Assembly (NCBI GenBank): GCA_965214705.1
Contig: OZ243972.1
Coordinates: 2,816,001-2,880,000 of the forward strand
DNA: 64,000 nucleotides
Reading direction: 5' to 3'
DNA from: Alphaproteobacteria bacterium
GTDB lineage: Bacteria > Pseudomonadota > Alphaproteobacteria > UBA828
How positions within the stretch are numbered: position 1 is the first letter of the stretch; each line of letters starts with the position of its first letter. Positions 59,324 to 64,000 of this stretch are shown piece by piece. The translations under genes and the position numbers were made by a program. The notes under the pieces were generated by a model. That model was not told where the DNA came from. It did not search any database and was given only the letters and a program-made list of their open reading frames with translations.

Positions 59324-60202
59324 CTAGCGCGGGTTGCGCGCCCGGAAACCGTCGCAGATCTCCTTCAGGGTCACGAATCGAACGCCCTCGTGGCAACGCA
59401 TGTGATCGATCAGCCGCTCCAGCATCATCAGCATTTGCGGATGGCCCGATGCGTCGGGGTGCAGACAAGCGTTGTAGATGCCGTAATCGCAGTTGCGGTA
59501 CACCCAATCGAACTGATCCGTCCACATCTGACCGATGGAGCGCGGGCTGACCCAACCGTGGCTATTCGGGAATTTCTTCACGAACATGACCGGCGGCGCG
59601 TCGTCCAGATACCAACTGCAGGGGATCTCGATAAGGTCGGTTTCCGTCCCCCTCTGCCACGGCTTCATCCACGTCTCTGCCGGCTGCGAATAGTCGATTT
59701 TGGTCCAGCTGTCGTCTCGCCGGAGATAATAGGGAGAATGATCGTTCTCCATCAGACTGTGGTCGTACTCGATGCCCTTTTCCAGGAGCAAGTCGATGGT
59801 GTTGGGGCTCAGTTCCCACCAAGGTGCGGAGTAACCCTTGGGCGGTTTGCCGCACAAATCGACGACCAGATCGAATGTCTTGTTCAGGATGGCCTGCTCC
59901 TGTTCCCTGGTCATAGCCAGAGGATTTTCGTGGGTATATCCATGCAGGCCCAACTCGTGCCCGGCTTGAACGACCATCTCCGACTCCTTGGGAAAACTCT
60001 CGATCGAATGACCGGTAATGTTCCACGTGGTCGTGATGTCGTACTTGTTGAGCAGATCGAGCAGACGAGGCGTACCCACTTGGGCTGCGTGAACGCCGCG
60101 TGAAATATCGCATGGCGAGTCCTCACCACCGAAAGACCCGATCCAAAGCGAAACGGCGTCGAAGTGGACGTTGAAGCAGACCTGAATGTCCTTGTCCGGC
60201 AT
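59324..60202 (-). CDS. Polysaccharide deacetylase family (PgdA/PuuE-like)
   Basis: HFDAVS, HELGLHGYTHE, GYSAPWWE, WYLDD, LHPDASG. Confidence 0.9.
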   Translation of the reverse strand: MPDKDIQVCFNVHFDAVSLWIGSFGGEDSPCDISRGVHAAQVGTPRLLDLLNKYDITTTWNITGHSIESFPKESEMVVQAGHELGLHGYTHENPLAMTREQEQAILNKTFDLVVDLCGKPPKGYSAPWWELSPNTIDLLLEKGIEYDHSLMENDHSPYYLRRDDSWTKIDYSQPAETWMKPWQRGTETDLIEIPCSWYLDDAPPVMFVKKFPNSHGWVSPRSIGQMWTDQFDWVYRNCDYGIYNACLHPDASGHPQMLMMLERLIDHMRCHEGVRFVTLKEICDGFRARNPR

Positions 60203-60688
60203 GTGTCTCTCCCCGGTTAGCGATCGACCAGGCGCCTCAGGATTGTCCGGGCGCTCCTCGGAGCCGCTCTAAGCGACCACAGTTCATTGCACTACAGAAC
60301 GAACACACACGCAATCGGTGTCCATGGAAGGGCGAAGCGATTCGGACCACGAGGCCATGCCGCCGAAATGACGACCGCAGCGCGGAAGACCTGCCCTGGC
60401 GGGCCGTCCCATGCAAGCATCCGCACCTCGCCGCCAATCTGGCCCCGACGGCCGGTTCAGCGTCAGACAGCGTGCCGGAGCTCTTGTAACGATACGAGCC
60501 TGCCCTTGATCCTCATCTGCGCCGCAGCTTAGGATGTGCTGGGAGGGTCGGCCCCCGTCACCATGACTTTACATTGGCGGCAAGACCACCGATTGATAGG
60601 CGAAGTTCGCGGCCACGCGCCGAAGCCAAGCGGCGGACCTGCGGCCGAATCGGACGATTGGCCCCGGAGTCTTCAAGGAGATTGAACC

Positions 60689-61591
60689 ATGTCCAGGAAC
60701 GTCTCGATCGCAGCGTGTCAGTTCGTTGTCAGGCCCGTCGGCAGCTTTGACGAATTTGCGGCTCATGCGCGCGGGCTATTGGACCAGGCGAAGGGTGCCG
60801 ATCTGGTGTTGTTTCCGGAGCTCTTTACGGTCGAACTGTTTACGACGTTCCCGGACTGGAAGGACTTGCCGGTTTCCGAGTTGACCCGCGTTCATCAATA
60901 CGGGAACACAAATTATACCGAGGATTACCGCCAGCTATTCGAGAGCGAAGCCAAAGAGCGTGGGCAGCACATCGTTGCCGGCTCCCATCTGGAACTGAAA
61001 GACGGAAGATACCTTAACGTTGCCTATCTTTACGGTCCCGACGGGCTGATTCATATGCATGACAAAACGCACATCTTCCCGGCTGAGGCGCAATGGTCGA
61101 CCGAGGAAGGCGATACGGTCGAGATGGTCGAGCTCCCGTTCGCCAAGGTCGGATTCAACGTGTGCTACGAGACGGAAATTCCGGAGTGTGCCGCAACTCT
61201 GGTCGAGCAAGGTGCCGAGATCATCTTGTGCCCCTCCTTCACCTTCACGGAGTACGGATTCTGGCGCGTCCGTCACTGCGCCCAGGCGCGTGCGATCGAG
61301 AATCAGGTGTATTTCGTGCATTGCGCGACGGGTGCCGACGTGCCCTCCGACGGGCCGCTGCCGCCCGGCTGGACGCGCAGCTCCATCCTGAGCCCTTGTG
61401 ACACTCCTTGGGCTGCTCCTAACGGCGTCGTCGCAGAATCGCCCGAGGCCAACATCGAGACGGTGGTGCACGGCGTGGTCGATCTCGACAAGATCTACGA
61501 GAATCGCGAGAACGGCGTCGCACCGACCTTCCGGGATCGCCGTCGGCGCGCGAATCTTTACAGAGAGTGGCCTTCGCACATGAATGCGTAG
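60689..61591 (+). CDS. Carbon-nitrogen hydrolase (nitrilase superfamily)
   Basis: FPELF, HDKTH, VCYETE (E-K-C triad), ARAIENQ. Confidence 0.9.
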   Translation: MSRNVSIAACQFVVRPVGSFDEFAAHARGLLDQAKGADLVLFPELFTVELFTTFPDWKDLPVSELTRVHQYGNTNYTEDYRQLFESEAKERGQHIVAGSHLELKDGRYLNVAYLYGPDGLIHMHDKTHIFPAEAQWSTEEGDTVEMVELPFAKVGFNVCYETEIPECAATLVEQGAEIILCPSFTFTEYGFWRVRHCAQARAIENQVYFVHCATGADVPSDGPLPPGWTRSSILSPCDTPWAAPNGVVAESPEANIETVVHGVVDLDKIYENRENGVAPTFRDRRRRANLYREWPSHMNA

Positions 61592-61753
61592 GCTCGGCGC
61601 GCAAGTGCGACAGCGAGCGGGCTGTTTGCAATCGTCGCCTCGACGCATAAGGGCCGTCCCCTGCGCGGCTCGTAGCCGCCCCCCGAACCGGGTATCTGCC
61701 GTGGCGCATGACGCGGTCGGCACCGTGCGTCCGTCGAGAGACTCGGCACCGTC

Positions 61754-63031
61754 ATGATTCTCTTCCGCAACTGTTCCATCGTCGATGCGGCCCTGCCGGA
61801 GGCGCGCGAGGGCTACGACGTGCTGGTGGAGAACGAGCGTATCCGGGAGGTGTCGGATACGAGGCTCGAGGTTCACGGCGCCTGGGAAGTGGCCGTCGAT
61901 GGCCGCACGTTGATGCCGGGGCTCATCGATGCCCACGCGCATGTGATCCTCGGCAGCTACAATCTCCGGGAACTCGAGGATGTCGCGCCCACGTTGATGA
62001 CCGCGCGAGCGGCACAAGTCATGCGCGGCATGCTCGATCGGGGCTTTACCAGCATACGGGACGCGGGCGGCGCCGATTGGGGCCTGGCGAAGGCTGTGGA
62101 CGACGGCCTCCTCGCGGGGCCGCGCCTCTTCATCTCAGGCCGTGCCCTCAGCCAGACCGGCGGCCACGGGGATTTTCGCCGGAGGACGCAAGACTTCGTC
62201 GAGCCCTGCCTCTGCGGGCATCCTCTGCACTTCTCGTCCCGCATTGCCGACGGTCTCGAGGCCGTCCTCTCTGCAACGCGGGACGAGCTGCGCAAGGGGG
62301 CCTGCCAGATCAAGGTCATGGCCTCGGGAGGCGTCGCCTCGCCCCACGATCCGCTCAAAAGAACCCAGTTCTCCAAGGAAGAGCTTCGCGCGATCGTTCG
62401 AGAGGCGGAAGCCTGGGGCACCTACGTGATGGCACACGCCTATACGGCCGAAGCCGCCGTTCACGCGGTCTCTTGCGGCGTTCGCTCCATAGAGCACGGC
62501 AATCTGATCGATCGAGAGGCAGCGTCTTTCATGGCGGCGGAAGGGGCTTATCTCGTGCCGACCCTTTCCACTTATGAAGGGATGCGTCGGCACCGGGCGG
62601 AGCTGCGTCTGGGCGAAGCCAGCCTTCAAAAGCTTCAGTCCGTTCTGGAGGCGGGCTTCGCGGCCATCGAATTTGCGACCGAGGCCGGCGTGCCAATCGG
62701 GTTCGGCTGCGACCTGCTCGGGCCCCTGTACCACTTGCAGCCGTTGGAGCTGGCTCTGCGCGCCGAGGTCGAGGGTGCGCACGACGTGATTACCGCAGCG
62801 ACCAAAACCAACGCCGGCCTTCTCGGCCGGGACGATCTTGGCGTGATTGCCCCCGGTGCGCTCGCCGACATCCTGATCGTCGACGGTGACCCGCTTCGTG
62901 ATTTGAGCGTGTTCGACGAGAAGGGACGAAAACTTCCGGCAATCATGAAGGGCGGCGTCTTTCACAAGAACGAACTGACCACGACCTATCGCGATGCGCA
63001 GATCGTGCCTGCCGGACCACCGGTCGGCTGA
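61754..63031 (+). CDS. Metal-dependent amidohydrolase (prolidase-like)
   Basis: LMPGLIDAHAH, IKVMASGG, MAHAY, SIEHG, GALADILIVDGDPL. Confidence 0.92.
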   Translation: MILFRNCSIVDAALPEAREGYDVLVENERIREVSDTRLEVHGAWEVAVDGRTLMPGLIDAHAHVILGSYNLRELEDVAPTLMTARAAQVMRGMLDRGFTSIRDAGGADWGLAKAVDDGLLAGPRLFISGRALSQTGGHGDFRRRTQDFVEPCLCGHPLHFSSRIADGLEAVLSATRDELRKGACQIKVMASGGVASPHDPLKRTQFSKEELRAIVREAEAWGTYVMAHAYTAEAAVHAVSCGVRSIEHGNLIDREAASFMAAEGAYLVPTLSTYEGMRRHRAELRLGEASLQKLQSVLEAGFAAIEFATEAGVPIGFGCDLLGPLYHLQPLELALRAEVEGAHDVITAATKTNAGLLGRDDLGVIAPGALADILIVDGDPLRDLSVFDEKGRKLPAIMKGGVFHKNELTTTYRDAQIVPAGPPVG

Positions 63032-63316
63032 CGTGCCGATCGTTCGTGTGTCCTGCCCCGAGCGTCAGGGCCCGTAAGGGACAGACACCAACAAACAGCG
63101 TTTGCGAACGCAGCGGACGAACGCGTATCATCCTTGCCGATCAGGATATGGGTGCGGCCATGAGACGACCGCGCCGATGAGGGAGGAGATAACGGTCGTT
63201 TACGCTTGCGCCTCTGCTGAACAAAAGTGTTGGTAATGATAGTGGAGACAATTGCCGAAACGATCGGTGCCGATGACAAAGGGGAGGCAAACTAGATGCT
63301 TATCAAATCAGGGCTG

Positions 63317-64000
63317 ATGAAGAACACTGTGGATGCAAGACGCCGCAGATTCTTGAAAGGCGCTGCGCTGGCGGGAGCCGGCACGATGGTTGCCGGTGCA
63401 ACCACGCTGGCCGACATCAACGATGGGGCGAAAGCGCAAGGGTCGCCGATCATGGTCGGCGGCATAACGCCGCTCACGGGCCCGGGCGCGCCGTCCGGCG
63501 CCGAGGCCAAGCGCGGCCTTGAGATGGCGTGCGAGGAAGTCAATGCCATGGGCGGCATCCTCGGCCGTCCCGTCGAGCCGGTCTTCGGCGACAGCAAGAA
63601 CCGCAGCGCCGACGAAGTGGTCTCCGCGGCCAACCTCCTCATCGATCGCCACGAGGTTCACGCCATCATCAACGGCCACAACATCGGCTCGAACAACGCC
63701 GAGTATGACCTCGTTGCCGATGCGTCCGTGATGTACATCCACACAAATACATTGCGGCAGCACGATGAATGGATCGAGAACAACCCGGGCAAGTATCCGA
63801 CAATCTTCATGAGCGATCCGGCGGAGTTCTGGTACGGACCGGGCTGGATCAAGTTCATCTCGTGGCTGCGCGATACCGGTCAGTGGACACCGCAGAACAA
63901 TACGATCGCTCTCGTTTCAGGCTCGCTTCCCTACAGCACCGTGATTTCCAACGCTGCCGCCCAGGTCGCGGCGGATCACGGATGGGAAATCGCTTGGGGC
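63317..64000 (+). CDS. Liv-type ABC substrate-binding protein with Tat signal (runs off window)
   Basis: RRRRFLK, IMVGGITPLTGPG, VNAMGGILGRPVE; my own translation, not in the ORF track. Confidence 0.85.
   Translation, partial: MKNTVDARRRRFLKGAALAGAGTMVAGATTLADINDGAKAQGSPIMVGGITPLTGPGAPSGAEAKRGLEMACEEVNAMGGILGRPVEPVFGDSKNRSADEVVSAANLLIDRHEVHAIINGHNIGSNNAEYDLVADASVMYIHTNTLRQHDEWIENNPGKYPTIFMSDPAEFWYGPGWIKFISWLRDTGQWTPQNNTIALVSGSLPYSTVISNAAAQVAADHGWEIAWG

Overview
High-GC bacterial DNA, probably alphaproteobacterial judging by gene content and REP-like palindromes. About 1-28.2 kb is a decayed mobile island. It holds a plasmid/ICE-type backbone (HTH, tandem cold-shock, Zn-finger repeat, ssb, TOPRIM, DUF2493/SLOG, MobC-like), a group II intron, and a type I-C CRISPR-Cas locus dismantled by nested mobile elements. 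Those elements are IS1182-like, ISKra4-like containing an IS21 with passenger genes, an IS4 remnant, a 167-bp MITE inside spacer 1, and an integrase/IS91-like pair interrupted by an IS1111-type IS110. The island continues with vapBC and an IS1634 flanked by ~250-bp direct repeats. About 28.2-64 kb is mostly nitrogen-compound catabolism and transport: Liv-type ABC importers, three amidases, a tandem double-EctC protein, several amidohydrolases and two IS1380-family elements. It also has a split McbB/cucumopine-synthase-like gene pair in an operon with glxBCD/mgsABC-like genes, my top candidate for an undescribed system. All family assignments come from motif recognition by eye; no searches were run.
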